Positions 1 through 9,533 of a stretch of DNA of 64,000 nt are shown one piece after another. The notes beneath the pieces were generated by a model. That model was not told the origin of the DNA, made no database searches, and worked only from the letters and a program-made list of their open reading frames with translations. The DNA lies in IMG/VR virus record IMGVR_UViG_3300046535_001092, positions 33,164 to 97,163 of that record; one strand, written 5' to 3'. Both the position numbers and the translations under genes were made by a program. Source of the DNA: a virus. Every line of letters starts with the position of its first letter. Positions within the stretch are counted from its first letter, which is position 1.

Positions 1-7
1 CACTAAG

Positions 8-277
8 TTGTTGAGTGTGAAGGCTAGTGACTTCAATGCCCTAATCAACGCATATAACGAGTTTGACATGATCCCTGAAGGGGGATTTGAGGCTGGCAGG
101 CTCACCCTTAAAGAGGAGGGATCTTGTAAGGATGCTGACTACGGGAAGGTTATCCTTGAGATTAAGGGAGAGCCTGACTTAGAGATGTGGCTTGTGACCT
201 GGCACTACATTGCTAGTCGTAGAGGTAGATTTACTAAGTTGAAGTCTCGGTTTACAGTGGAGAAGAAGAATGGTTAG
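8..277 (+). CDS. hypothetical protein (probably 5'-truncated by the window edge)
   Basis: ORF whose end overlaps the start of the next gene. Confidence 0.6.
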   Translation: MLSVKASDFNALINAYNEFDMIPEGGFEAGRLTLKEEGSCKDADYGKVILEIKGEPDLEMWLVTWHYIASRRGRFTKLKSRFTVEKKNG

Positions 278-473
278 AAGGACTTGCTATTCTATCGGAT
301 ACACCTTAACTATTGGAGCTAATAGGTATGACAAACATACCTTAGTAGCTGCTAATAGTCTTTCTGAGGTAGAAAGCTTATTCAGGGAGAGTGTTATTGG
401 TCCTTGGACTTCCTTTAAGATAACCTCAGTCCAAAGTCAAGGTTCCATAGTTGTTGGAGGGGAAGATGCCTAA
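270..473 (+). CDS. small hypothetical protein (VxAxSxxE motif)
   Basis: ATG with upstream GGAG; shares LVxAxSxxExExLF with the next ORF. Confidence 0.65.
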   Translation: MVRRTCYSIGYTLTIGANRYDKHTLVAANSLSEVESLFRESVIGPWTSFKITSVQSQGSIVVGGEDA

Positions 474-672
474 AGATGTCAAGAGCGTCTATAAGGTCTG
501 CTACTACGCTAGTGATGGGTTTGGTCGTAGTGAGACTACCTCTAAGAGCGTGTTGGTTATAGCAGAGAGCTTTGCAGAGGCAGAGGACTTGTTCTGGGAT
601 AATAAGCCTACTAAGGCTGAGACTGTCTGGTGGGTTGGGTGTGAGGGTAGAGTGCATGCAGGTAAGGTTTAG
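466..672 (+). CDS. small hypothetical protein, paralog-like of 270..473
   Basis: ATG at 466 after GGAGG; LVIAESFAEAEDLF motif. Confidence 0.65.
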   Translation: MPKDVKSVYKVCYYASDGFGRSETTSKSVLVIAESFAEAEDLFWDNKPTKAETVWWVGCEGRVHAGKV

Positions 673-704
673 GGAGATTCGTGTAAGTAAGATTGGAGGT
701 TAGG

Positions 705-1856
705 ATGGCTAGTTGTTTACAGGCACACAACGTATATCTAGGTTGTGACCCTGAACTTTTCGTCGTTCGGAATGGTAAGGTGATTGGAGGGGAGAAGGTT
801 ATTAGCGAGAATGGCCTCCCTTACATGAGTCGGAAGGATCCTACTAAGCCATGGGGTGGGACCATGGACGATACTAAGTGTAAGTTTGTACTCGATGGAG
901 TGCAGATTGAGATGACCACATCCCCCTTCAGTTGTAGGGAGGTTATGGGCGATACGATTGCATGCGCCTTTGCAACCCTCAAGGAGCATCTCAAGAAGTA
1001 TGATGCAAAGCCATGCTTTGATGCGGTTGTTGAGGTTGATCCTGAGGAGATGGCTACCCTGAGTGAGAAGGCTAGAATCTTTGGATGTGCTCCTTCTGAG
1101 AACATCTATGGTCCTCAACCGATTGAAGTGGATCCTACAGTCTATCTTAAGAGAGCTGCAGGTGGTCATATCCATCTTGGACTGTTCAATCCTATCTTTG
1201 CTGGGATCGACTCAAAGATTGACTACCGGACTAGACTGGTTCCTATCCTTGACATCCTTGTGGGTAATACCTCAGTCATGGTGGACAGAGATCCTGGGGC
1301 TGTGGAGCGTAGAAAGGCTTATGGCAGAGCGGGAGAGTTTAGACTGCCCAAGCATGGACTTGAGTACCGTACCCTGTCTAACTTCTGGATTAAGGACTAT
1401 AGACTGTTGTCCTTTGTGATGGGACTGTCGAGACTGTCTGTGGCTGTGCTTGGTAGCACACTACAGCGGACTATGTTCGACAATCCTAAGTATAGAGGGA
1501 TCGCTGAGTATGCTCAATACTTAGATCAGCCTGACTATGAGGCTGAGTTGCTGAAGAAGGTTGACATTGAGCAGATTCGGGCTGCCATCAACAAGAATGA
1601 CTTAGATTTGGCTCAGAAGAACTTCGAAGGCGTCAAAGCCTTCCTTGCTGATCATGTTAGACGTCATACAAACATGGGTTTGAATTGGGAGACTGTGCCT
1701 AACTTTGAGTACTTTGTGAGTGAGGTTAATCGTGAGGGTCTTGGGAGATTCTTCAAGGAGGATCCTATTGAACACTGGACTAACCTCCCACTAAGTTTGG
1801 ACAGACAGAATAGAGGTTGGGAACACTTCATCTCTACACTACCACGACGAGGTTGA
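705..1856 (+). CDS. phiEco32-like COOH-NH2 ligase type 2 (glutamine-synthetase-like fold)
   Basis: LGCDPELF, DGVQIE, GCAP, AGGHIHLG, RRxxYGRAGEFR, GLEYRTLSNFW motifs; GGAGGT RBS before ATG 705. Confidence 0.9.
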   Translation: MASCLQAHNVYLGCDPELFVVRNGKVIGGEKVISENGLPYMSRKDPTKPWGGTMDDTKCKFVLDGVQIEMTTSPFSCREVMGDTIACAFATLKEHLKKYDAKPCFDAVVEVDPEEMATLSEKARIFGCAPSENIYGPQPIEVDPTVYLKRAAGGHIHLGLFNPIFAGIDSKIDYRTRLVPILDILVGNTSVMVDRDPGAVERRKAYGRAGEFRLPKHGLEYRTLSNFWIKDYRLLSFVMGLSRLSVAVLGSTLQRTMFDNPKYRGIAEYAQYLDQPDYEAELLKKVDIEQIRAAINKNDLDLAQKNFEGVKAFLADHVRRHTNMGLNWETVPNFEYFVSEVNREGLGRFFKEDPIEHWTNLPLSLDRQNRGWEHFISTLPRRG

Positions 1857-1857
1857 T

Positions 1858-2580
1858 ATGGCAGACGCACTAAACATTGACAGATACCTTGGTAAGACCC
1901 TTAATAGGATCTCACTAGTGGGGATTGAGCTTGAAGGTGGGTGGCAAGTACTACCTCCAGGCACACAGCTTGCACATGATGGCAGTGTGAATCTGAGGAA
2001 TGTGGATGTTCCTCTACAGGGAATTGGAGAACTGCCTAGCGAACCCATGCCGCCTATTAAGATGGCTTCATGGGTACGGAAGTTCTATCCGTCCCACACT
2101 AACTCCACTTGTGGCTTGCATATCCATATGAGCTTCAAGAGTGCTCTCCACTATGGTCAGTTGATGATCCCCGAATATCAGGAGACCATCTTTGACTACA
2201 TGATTAAGTGGGCTAAGGAGGAGAAGCTTCCTAAGACGCATGCCCTATGGAAGAGGCTTGATGGAACTAATCAGTACTGTAGGAAGATCTTTACTGCTGA
2301 CCTACAGGCTCAGAAGACTAGCAAGTCTCACGACATGAATCTCCCAGGCAATAGATATACAGCGATTAACTATTGTCATGGTTTGCATGGGACGATGGAA
2401 TGTAGACTATTGCCGATGCTGGAGAATGCTGAGACAGCTATTCGAGCTTTACGACATATCATGGATATTACTAATGCATGCCTTGTGGTAACAGCTAAGA
2501 AGGAGGCCAAGTTGAAGGCGAGTGCAGAGGTTAGAGGTGGAGAGGACGCTTGGGTGGAAGAAAGGAAGGTCATTGTATGA
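1858..2580 (+). CDS. putative amidoligase (Amidoligase_2 family)
   Basis: GIELE, HDGSV, ELPS, TCGLHIHMS, RYTAIN, GTMECR motifs. Confidence 0.85.
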   Translation: MADALNIDRYLGKTLNRISLVGIELEGGWQVLPPGTQLAHDGSVNLRNVDVPLQGIGELPSEPMPPIKMASWVRKFYPSHTNSTCGLHIHMSFKSALHYGQLMIPEYQETIFDYMIKWAKEEKLPKTHALWKRLDGTNQYCRKIFTADLQAQKTSKSHDMNLPGNRYTAINYCHGLHGTMECRLLPMLENAETAIRALRHIMDITNACLVVTAKKEAKLKASAEVRGGEDAWVEERKVIV

Positions 2581-2678
2581 CAATGTTCACTCATAAGAAG
2601 TGGTATTGGAAGCCAACCATTTGTAGACGACCTAAGTATACGTCACTGTGGTGGCTCAATCTTTATATTTCGTGGTAA
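2577..2678 (+). CDS. 33-aa Trp-rich basic peptide (MTMFTHKKWYWKPTICRRPKYTSLWWLNLYISW)
   Basis: ATGA overlap with the amidoligase stop; fills the gap; below the ORF-track cutoff. Confidence 0.45.
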   Translation: MTMFTHKKWYWKPTICRRPKYTSLWWLNLYISW

Positions 2679-2700
2679 CAACGAAGGGGAGGGTAAAAGT

Positions 2701-3837
2701 GTGTGCGTGATTATGTTGGTGCAAGACAAGCGCCCTACTGAGGAGATGATTAAGAAGGCATACGAGACCAATAGTCATGGTGCTGGTATTGCCTGGAAGC
2801 GTAATGACGCTGTCATCTGGAGAAAGGGCCTTGATCTTGATGAGATTAAGAGAATGGCAAAGAGTGTGCCTACTCCCTATGTCCTACACTTTAGGATTGC
2901 AAGTGTGGGCGGTCAGGCTAAGCAACTCTGTCATCCCTTCCCGATTGAAGAGGAAGCTCCTCTAGCGACAGAGGGTAAGACTAAGGGCTATGTCCTATTC
3001 CATAATGGACATTGGGGCAAGTGGAGAGACACTCTTCTTGAGCATCTACCTGGTAAGATTCCTGCTGGTAAGTGGTCAGATACTCGTGCCATGGCTTGGA
3101 TGACTGCCTACTATGGTCTTGGCTTCCTTGAGTTTGTGGATGAGAAGGCCATTGCATTCGGACCTGGTGGATTTGAGGTGTTCAAGGCTACCGATTGGAC
3201 AACGATTGAGGGAGTCTATTGCTCTAATTCACTCTTTCAGTATCGTACCCACAGGTATCATGGTGCTCATGTCTCCATTGATCCCATTTGTACATTCGGT
3301 AACTGTACAGTTAGGTCAGGTCTGGATAGTGATAAGAGGTGTAAAGAACACCCTTTAGTTCCAAAGGGGTTGGAAGCGACGGTCAGTGGCCAGAAGGATG
3401 GGAATACGGATTCATCTAAGGCCATCGACATTCAGCCCCTTCTGATTAATGGGGTTGCTAATCCTAAATATAGGGATCCACAAAGGCTTGCAGATGCTGT
3501 TGCAGCCTTTGGTGGCCCTGACCTTAGTAAGGGTCCGGTGGTTGGGTCGTTCTCTCCTGATGCTAGACTGAGATTGCAAGAAGATAAGAGCGAGTCTGGA
3601 GGTACTCGCGGCATGACCCCTTTTGCGATAGCTCAGCAACTCTTCAACGCGGGGAAGCTGAGCAAAGGGGAGTTGAAGAAGGCACGGAAAGCGCAATCCA
3701 AGTTAGATCGCCAGAAACAGAAGCTCTTGATGAAGGCAGTCAAGAAGCAGGTGAAAGAGGAGAAGCGTCGTTTGAAGTTAGCGCAAGAACGGATGCAGCG
3801 AGAACTAATGACACAACCTTGTTTCACGAAGCACTAG
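2701..3837 (+). CDS. class II (Ntn) glutamine amidotransferase with low-complexity, basic C-terminal extension
   Basis: Cys at position 2; NSHGAG, LHFRIASVG, CHPF, LFHNG and SDT motifs. Confidence 0.88.
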   Translation: MCVIMLVQDKRPTEEMIKKAYETNSHGAGIAWKRNDAVIWRKGLDLDEIKRMAKSVPTPYVLHFRIASVGGQAKQLCHPFPIEEEAPLATEGKTKGYVLFHNGHWGKWRDTLLEHLPGKIPAGKWSDTRAMAWMTAYYGLGFLEFVDEKAIAFGPGGFEVFKATDWTTIEGVYCSNSLFQYRTHRYHGAHVSIDPICTFGNCTVRSGLDSDKRCKEHPLVPKGLEATVSGQKDGNTDSSKAIDIQPLLINGVANPKYRDPQRLADAVAAFGGPDLSKGPVVGSFSPDARLRLQEDKSESGGTRGMTPFAIAQQLFNAGKLSKGELKKARKAQSKLDRQKQKLLMKAVKKQVKEEKRRLKLAQERMQRELMTQPCFTKH

Positions 3838-4007
3838 CACCACAGGGGGCTAGAAAGTTGTGTATTGAGGATTTCACGTGGGCCTGTTCTCTCAATCCAA
3901 AAGGACCATCAAAAGGTGGGCGAGTTATTTTGGACGAGGAGGAGATTAAGCGAGAGTCTCGGAGAAAGCAGGCCGAACAGGGTATTCAGGTGATTGGGAG
4001 GCTCTAA
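3819..4007 (+). CDS. hypothetical protein
   Basis: ORF filling the gap in the operon. Confidence 0.4.
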   Translation: MFHEALAPQGARKLCIEDFTWACSLNPKGPSKGGRVILDEEEIKRESRRKQAEQGIQVIGRL

Positions 4008-4010
4008 GGC

Positions 4011-4349
4011 ATGAATCAAGAAGAATTTCTCGCTTTCATGCAGAAGAAGGAGCCTTCCTCTCCACTTCCCACTCAGACTATTGATGGTGAGGTTGATGGT
4101 GAGGTTGTCTATCCTGATCAGCATGCAAAGGATGATGGGGAGTATGCAGATGAGTTTGACGACCCAGAGGCTGCATTGCTATTGACTGTGGAGACTCTAG
4201 AGGATGTAGGTAGGATGTTGGATATGCTAGCAGTCAAGCATACGATTACAGATAGTATTCGTAGGCAGATTGTAGATCAGGCTAATGAGGTGTATCAGGT
4301 TATACACTCCATTGATGGGACCAAGGAACTTGAAAGGTCGGAGGTTTAA
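4011..4349 (+). CDS. acidic hypothetical protein
   Basis: ATG with GGGAGG RBS. Confidence 0.7.
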   Translation: MNQEEFLAFMQKKEPSSPLPTQTIDGEVDGEVVYPDQHAKDDGEYADEFDDPEAALLLTVETLEDVGRMLDMLAVKHTITDSIRRQIVDQANEVYQVIHSIDGTKELERSEV

Positions 4350-4351
4350 CT

Positions 4352-5113
4352 ATGTCATTCTATGTGTACTGTAATAGAGCGAGTGATGGGGCAGCCGAGC
4401 TTACGCGTGGGCTGGAAGGAACGCGGCTGCGCAGGTTTGATGGTATGGACTTCTGGCGTAAGGGCAAGCGGATTGTGCCTAAGAAGGGCGATATCATCAT
4501 CTGTTGGGGATCTCCACTTCCTGAGATTGATGGAGTTAGAGTGTTGAATGGTGAGGATGACCATTACAATAAGTATCGGGCTGCGGAGTTTCTCAGCTTC
4601 AAGGGAATCCCCACAATCACAGCTGTTGCACAGTCCAGAAGACCTACCCCAGTAGACGCTAATGGTATGCCTATTGAGTGGGTTCCACGGACGTTCCATC
4701 ATGTTGGTGGGAATGACCTGATTAAGCCTCCATATAAGCCTGACTTCTGGGTTAAAAAGGAGAACTTCGTTAGAGAGTTCAGGGTCCATAGCTTCGCCTC
4801 TAAGTCGATTAGAGCCGGTGTTAAGGTTCATAGAGAGGGGTTTGCTAATCCTAGTCCTTGGATTAGAAGCTTCGATGCAGGCTGGAGAATTAACTATGAC
4901 AACTTCTCCTCTACTAAGCAGCTGAGAAGTCTTGCTCATAAGGCTTGCAAGACCATGAATCTGGTGTTTGGAGCGGTAGACATCGCTGAGAAGGCTGATG
5001 GTACGATGGTGGTATTGGAGATTAATCGTGCTCCAGGGATTGAAGGTAACTCGATTCCTGCCTACTGTGCAGCTATTCAGAAGTGGGCTAAGGGAGAGAG
5101 CGAAGGAGAATAA
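4352..5113 (+). CDS. ATP-grasp peptide ligase (RimK-like, phage type)
   Basis: NKY..GIPT, EFRVH, FGAVDI, VLEINRAPG motifs; lies in the ligase cluster. Confidence 0.88.
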   Translation: MSFYVYCNRASDGAAELTRGLEGTRLRRFDGMDFWRKGKRIVPKKGDIIICWGSPLPEIDGVRVLNGEDDHYNKYRAAEFLSFKGIPTITAVAQSRRPTPVDANGMPIEWVPRTFHHVGGNDLIKPPYKPDFWVKKENFVREFRVHSFASKSIRAGVKVHREGFANPSPWIRSFDAGWRINYDNFSSTKQLRSLAHKACKTMNLVFGAVDIAEKADGTMVVLEINRAPGIEGNSIPAYCAAIQKWAKGESEGE

Positions 5114-5114
5114 T

Positions 5115-5507
5115 ATGAGTGTAAATTCGTTTGAGGAGCTAGATAAGGTCGTTAAGCCTGCAGAGAAGGCTAAAGAGGATCCTTGTGCCACTGCTCTAGT
5201 GGTTAGGACTAAGGAAGGGGAGGTTAGGTATCCGGCTGCTATCCCTTATACCCCAATTACTCGTCCTATCGTGCCTTATGCAGATAGTGGGCTTAGGGTG
5301 CATGATATTGACCTATATAAGCGTAGAAAGTCTAACGAGTATCGCCCAACGACCATTAGGTTTCCTAGAGAGGAACCACAGCAGATTAACATTCTAGGTA
5401 CTCTGCCTGATGGGAAGGGGCATCTTATAGCTATGGTGGATGAGGACGGGATCATTAGACGGAGAATCATGAGCAGAGATGGTCACATTGGGAGTGTAGA
5501 GGATTAA
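5115..5507 (+). CDS. hypothetical protein
   Basis: ATG 5115 after AGGAG. Confidence 0.6.
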   Translation: MSVNSFEELDKVVKPAEKAKEDPCATALVVRTKEGEVRYPAAIPYTPITRPIVPYADSGLRVHDIDLYKRRKSNEYRPTTIRFPREEPQQINILGTLPDGKGHLIAMVDEDGIIRRRIMSRDGHIGSVED

Positions 5508-5510
5508 AGC

Positions 5511-6227
5511 ATGCTACTACAGAACATGACAAGTTGTGGTATTCAGGAGATAGGGTCTATCCATACCCATCCTACAGCTGAGGATGCCCTAATCTCCTTC
5601 TGTAAACAGAAGACAGGATATTCTCCATCTCCTGAGAAGCCTTGCTTGCAGAGTAATCTGCATGAGTTCTACGTGTTTAGTGGGTTTATTGGGATGGATG
5701 GAGCAATCCGAGAGACTGCTCCCTATAACATTGTGCCTGAGTTTGTCAAGCTAATTGAAGACAATAATCTTGGGGAAGTGTGGAAGACTAAGGTTGGACG
5801 GAATAGAGCGGTTCATCCCAATCATACATATCAGGCATATATTTGGAGTCCTGACGTAGAGCGGCTACAGGAGTGGTATCGTGGTACCCTTGTCAAGCCT
5901 ACAGTTAAGGTTGAGGTTAAGGTTGAGACTATGCCTCAGGTTGTTCAGCGTGATGTGATGAACGCAGTTAGAAATATCGCTATGCAGGCTATTCCTGAGT
6001 TTGACAGAGCAGCTAGACTTGGTGCTGCACATGGTAGACAAGCTAATCTAGAGGAACAGACTCAGCATGTACCAGATGCACCTAAGGTTGCTAAGGCTGC
6101 TGTAAAAGAAGAGAGAAAGCTGCCTCAGGCCTACTATGATATCCCTGACAAGCCTGTTAGACGTGCTACAGTAAAGCTGGGGCTGAAGCCAAGAAAGAGA
6201 CTTTTTAGACGAGGAGGAGGGTTCTAA
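5511..6227 (+). CDS. hypothetical protein (N-terminal SCGxxE motif, basic tail)
   Basis: Long ORF coupled to the next gene (TAATG). Confidence 0.75.
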   Translation: MLLQNMTSCGIQEIGSIHTHPTAEDALISFCKQKTGYSPSPEKPCLQSNLHEFYVFSGFIGMDGAIRETAPYNIVPEFVKLIEDNNLGEVWKTKVGRNRAVHPNHTYQAYIWSPDVERLQEWYRGTLVKPTVKVEVKVETMPQVVQRDVMNAVRNIAMQAIPEFDRAARLGAAHGRQANLEEQTQHVPDAPKVAKAAVKEERKLPQAYYDIPDKPVRRATVKLGLKPRKRLFRRGGGF

Positions 6228-7033
6228 TGGCATTGCTAGGAAAGTCATTGAGTGTTGCTGAGACTGAGCCATGGGTGCTGGATGAGGGGCTTGCACTGAT
6301 TCGAGCCATTCAGACTGACACTAGAAACTACGGCTACCATATCGCATTGGGTGGTGGAGTTCTTAATAAGGGTAGATCAAGTAAGGATATTGATTTATTC
6401 TTCCTTCCTATGGAGGGTAAGGGTTTCACCATGCTCGATAAGAAGCTGGTGGCATGGCTTATTAGTATGTGGGGTGAGCCTGAGGACATGACTAAGCCTT
6501 CTAAAGAAGGTCCTAAGTATAAGACTGTGAGATCACAGCCAGTGTTAAGAACGTCCCCATGGTCTCTTAACATTGATAACATTGTTGCTACTAATGCTCC
6601 ACCACCCCCAGCCCCAGTAGCACCTAACAATCTAGGTGATGGTCTAACTGAAGCTCAGAGGGAGTATGCTAGATATCAGGAGCATGCTAGACAGATTAGG
6701 GATGAGAACAATAGGATAGAGGCCGAGAGACGAGCTAGACAAGCTGAGAATCTTATACCTGAACAACCTCTCCATCAGTACTATGTGGCTAACTATAATG
6801 CTGATGGGACTATGGACTTTAGAGTTAATCCAGTATTTGCTGAGACTGTAGCTGAGGGTCCAGCTCCTGATCCTATTCCTGGAACCATTGGTGCTGAGAT
6901 GCAGGCAGCTAGTGCTGGTCTAGGTGTAATCACTGAGGCTTCTGTTGAGCCTTATAAGTCTGGAAGTTCTATCTATCGGTATAAGCTGAAGTTTCATCGT
7001 GGTGATGGTAGAATTGACGCGTTCATCGTTTAG
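6227..7033 (+). CDS. nucleotidyltransferase-fold protein with a large low-complexity insertion
   Basis: IALGGGVL..G.SSKDIDLFF (GG..DxD) near the N-terminus and RIDAFIV third-Asp strand at the C-terminus. Confidence 0.6.
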   Translation: MALLGKSLSVAETEPWVLDEGLALIRAIQTDTRNYGYHIALGGGVLNKGRSSKDIDLFFLPMEGKGFTMLDKKLVAWLISMWGEPEDMTKPSKEGPKYKTVRSQPVLRTSPWSLNIDNIVATNAPPPPAPVAPNNLGDGLTEAQREYARYQEHARQIRDENNRIEAERRARQAENLIPEQPLHQYYVANYNADGTMDFRVNPVFAETVAEGPAPDPIPGTIGAEMQAASAGLGVITEASVEPYKSGSSIYRYKLKFHRGDGRIDAFIV

Positions 7034-7045
7034 GAAGGGGAAGAA

Positions 7046-7531
7046 ATGGCTGAGACAATTAATATGATTAAGAGGGGTGAGACATGTATGCAGATCACCC
7101 TGCATCGGTCTGCGATTGGGCTAAGTGTCCATGTCAAGACCCATCCTGCTATTGAGGACTTCATGAGAAGTCTGGGAGATGGTCTTGTAAAACCAGTTGA
7201 GATCTATGGTAAGTCGTGGATCTCTATGCCTGGGTCCGAGAGAAGTCTGGAGATCTATAATATGGATCGTAGTCTGCCATATGATATGTATCGCCTAGAT
7301 ATCGCTGGTAGACCAATGGAGCAAGAGGGGCAGCTAAATATGAGCTTCCTACGGCTTGCAGGTACAAGTGAGGGTAATGGGGTTACCTTTGGAGTGAAGG
7401 GCGTATATAGTTTGGAGTCCCTTAGAAATCTGAGAGACAAGATTAGTGCCTCTGCTAGACAGCTCTATATCGAGTACCTCCGTCCGGTTGATCTCACTGT
7501 GACTGTGAGTACTCAGGAAATGGCAGGATAG
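7046..7531 (+). CDS. hypothetical protein
   Basis: ORF with purine-rich RBS. Confidence 0.75.
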   Translation: MAETINMIKRGETCMQITLHRSAIGLSVHVKTHPAIEDFMRSLGDGLVKPVEIYGKSWISMPGSERSLEIYNMDRSLPYDMYRLDIAGRPMEQEGQLNMSFLRLAGTSEGNGVTFGVKGVYSLESLRNLRDKISASARQLYIEYLRPVDLTVTVSTQEMAG

Positions 7532-7532
7532 A

Positions 7533-7652
7533 ATGGGTAGAGAAGCAAACGTTACGAAGGAGCGGGTCTGTCCGCTGTGTGCCAAGATTCTAGTTGTTAC
7601 TGGTAAGGAACTTCGGTCACATATTGCAAATTGTAAAGGGTTAGAGGCATGA
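7533..7652 (+). CDS. 39-aa C2HC zinc-finger microprotein (CPLC-x13-H-x3-C)
   Basis: Translated by hand; ATGA overlap with the next gene. Confidence 0.6.
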   Translation: MGREANVTKERVCPLCAKILVVTGKELRSHIANCKGLEA

Positions 7653-7840
7653 ACTTTAGACAGTTTCTAAATCAGATTTCTGAGGTAGCTGGACATAGAA
7701 ATGCTGCTACAGAGGTTAGGTTTCTGTTTTGGAATGACATTTGTCCCTACACGGCAGGAGAGCCAGTGAAGGTGGAATGGGATAAGAAGAACAATGAAGT
7801 TACAGTCATTATCGGCCAAGAGCCGAAAGATTTCCTCTAA
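7649..7840 (+). CDS. hypothetical protein
   Basis: ORF coupled to the upstream gene. Confidence 0.65.
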   Translation: MNFRQFLNQISEVAGHRNAATEVRFLFWNDICPYTAGEPVKVEWDKKNNEVTVIIGQEPKDFL

Positions 7841-8198
7841 CCTAGAGTTAGAAGGTCTTAGGGTGTTTGCCCTGAGGATCGGAGCGGGCTGGGTGGAAAT
7901 TAGAGCCTCTGAGACTAAGCCAACTGGATACATCTCTAAGGCTACTAAGATGGTGGAGACCCCTGAACTATACTTTGACTCCAATGGCCGTGAACGGTCA
8001 AAGCTTGTCAAGAAGGAATTAGTTATAGAGATGATCCACCATGAGGGAGGGGAGATTCTGTGCTCGCTGAAGACTTCTAAGTTTTCAGCCCTGACCAGGC
8101 TCCCACTCCCACCTAAAGGACACATCACCGAAGTCCCTGCTGAGCAGGCGAGTCGGTTTCTTGACAAATCGTGGAGACGGAAGCATAATCTTTCCTAG
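7794..8198 (+). CDS. hypothetical protein (start uncertain)
   Basis: ORF track. Confidence 0.5.
   Translation: MKLQSLSAKSRKISSNLELEGLRVFALRIGAGWVEIRASETKPTGYISKATKMVETPELYFDSNGRERSKLVKKELVIEMIHHEGGEILCSLKTSKFSALTRLPLPPKGHITEVPAEQASRFLDKSWRRKHNLS
8161..8189 (+). promoter_or_regulatory. sigma70-type promoter TTGACA-17-CATAAT
   Basis: Perfect -35 box, 17-bp spacer, 5/6 match at -10; precedes the microprotein cluster. Confidence 0.75.
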
Positions 8199-8241
8199 CC
8201 TGCGGTGCCGTGGAGGGTTAGGTTGAGAGGGAAGGAGAGGT

Positions 8242-8412
8242 ATGAGTGACTGTAAAGACAATGGTCTATATCATCAGAAGTTGGATCTGTTAATTAGTCT
8301 ACAGAGAGAGTCAAACAGCCAACAGGCTGAGATTATAGAGCAGAATGAAGAGATTATCGAGAAACTGACTGAGATTAACTTGAGTGGCAGAGGGTATGAC
8401 ATTGAGAATTAA
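8242..8412 (+). CDS. 56-aa coiled-coil microprotein
   Basis: Strong RBS (GGAGAGG) and heptad pattern; translated by hand. Confidence 0.6.
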   Translation: MSDCKDNGLYHQKLDLLISLQRESNSQQAEIIEQNEEIIEKLTEINLSGRGYDIEN

Positions 8413-8617
8413 AAGCGTCCAATGTTCATATAGTGGGTGTGGCGATAGACGTAGACACCATGAGAATCCAGAGCCAAGAGGCATTAGAAATACCTTCATC
8501 GTTCCTGGAGATTCTAAAGGACCGTGGTTTTGCTCTATAGAGTGCTCAGCTTATTATAAAGCGGTAGGAGATAATGGAAGACCCAACGCGCCAACAGAAA
8601 ATAGACCTTATCCGTAA
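8384..8617 (+). CDS. small Cys/His Zn-binding protein
   Basis: CxxxxC and FCSIEC motifs. Confidence 0.6.
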   Translation: MAEGMTLRIKSVQCSYSGCGDRRRHHENPEPRGIRNTFIVPGDSKGPWFCSIECSAYYKAVGDNGRPNAPTENRPYP

Positions 8618-8726
8618 GCTAATGGATCGTGCTCTAGAGGCTATAGAAAGAGACTATCAAGAGGCTATGGCTAAGATCTACTTTAGTAAGGACTGGGGAC
8701 CGAAAGAAGAGGAAGAGGATCATTAG

Positions 8727-9074
8727 GTGGACAAATCGGTAGACCCTGGACAGCTGGCGATAGACCTACTGTCTAGGTCCATATGTTCCGTACAGGTCGC
8801 AGCGGTCATTGTGGATAGAAAAGGTAGCATATTCGCATGGGGATGGAATTCCTGTGGTTCAGACGGGTATGGTGAACATGCAGAATGTGCTGCCATCAGG
8901 CGGGCAAATCAACGTAGGTTAAAGCATGCTACGATATATGTGGCTGCAAGGCGTAGGGATAGGAAGTGGGACAAGTGCGTAACTGCTAAGCCCTGTCTAT
9001 CTTGTCAGTATAGACTTGATAGATGGGGTCTTAGCGTGGTATTTAGAGATGGTAAAGGAGTGTGGAATGGGTGA
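8727..9074 (+). CDS. Zn-dependent cytidine/dCMP deaminase-family protein
   Basis: VAAVIVD, GWN, HAE and PCxxC motifs. Confidence 0.85.
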   Translation: MDKSVDPGQLAIDLLSRSICSVQVAAVIVDRKGSIFAWGWNSCGSDGYGEHAECAAIRRANQRRLKHATIYVAARRRDRKWDKCVTAKPCLSCQYRLDRWGLSVVFRDGKGVWNG

Positions 9075-9312
9075 GCCTAGATGGGAACCTAGATATAGTG
9101 GCCCTAAAAAGAGTGGAATCTGTGTTTGTGGTCACTCTTGGGAAGATCACCATCTAGGTATAGTTATGAACTCAGACTATGCAAGAGAGACACAAGAAGG
9201 GTATATACCCCAAGAGTGTGAGTTCTTTGGATTTAACGAGAGTGGCGGATTAGATGATAAGGGTAACTATCATTGTGGTAGTTATAAGGATGTGGGAGTA
9301 GAAAATGGTTAA
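9067..9312 (+). CDS. small Cys/His-rich protein
   Basis: CVCGHSWEDHH..C..HC; ATG overlapping the deaminase end. Confidence 0.6.
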   Translation: MGEPRWEPRYSGPKKSGICVCGHSWEDHHLGIVMNSDYARETQEGYIPQECEFFGFNESGGLDDKGNYHCGSYKDVGVENG

Positions 9313-9532
9313 TTATGTCTATTTGAGTTTGGCTATTGCTGCTGGTATGGTCCTAGAGGCCCTAATTCTAGGTGCTATCGGTGCAAGCTTTAGATATTGG
9401 CAGTGGAGACGGTCTGAGCCACAGCGCAAGCTAATGGAAGAGAAGATGAGACAGTATTTGGAACAGGCAAGCAAGGCTGCAAGTGAGCAGGACGATCTGC
9501 CCCTATTCCCAACCTCAGGCTCTGTGAACTAA
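9305..9532 (+). CDS. single-pass membrane protein
   Basis: N-terminal hydrophobic helix followed by a charged tail. Confidence 0.65.
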   Translation: MVNYVYLSLAIAAGMVLEALILGAIGASFRYWQWRRSEPQRKLMEEKMRQYLEQASKAASEQDDLPLFPTSGSVN

Positions 9533-9533
9533 C

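Noticed and set aside
4355-5191. 278-aa antisense ORF and many other opposite-strand or nested ORFs in the track
   Set aside because: They are shadows of well-supported genes on the other strand, with no motifs or RBS
8242-8412. Suspected frameshift downstream of the promoter at 8161
   Set aside because: On re-reading, the frame is continuous (56-aa ORF)
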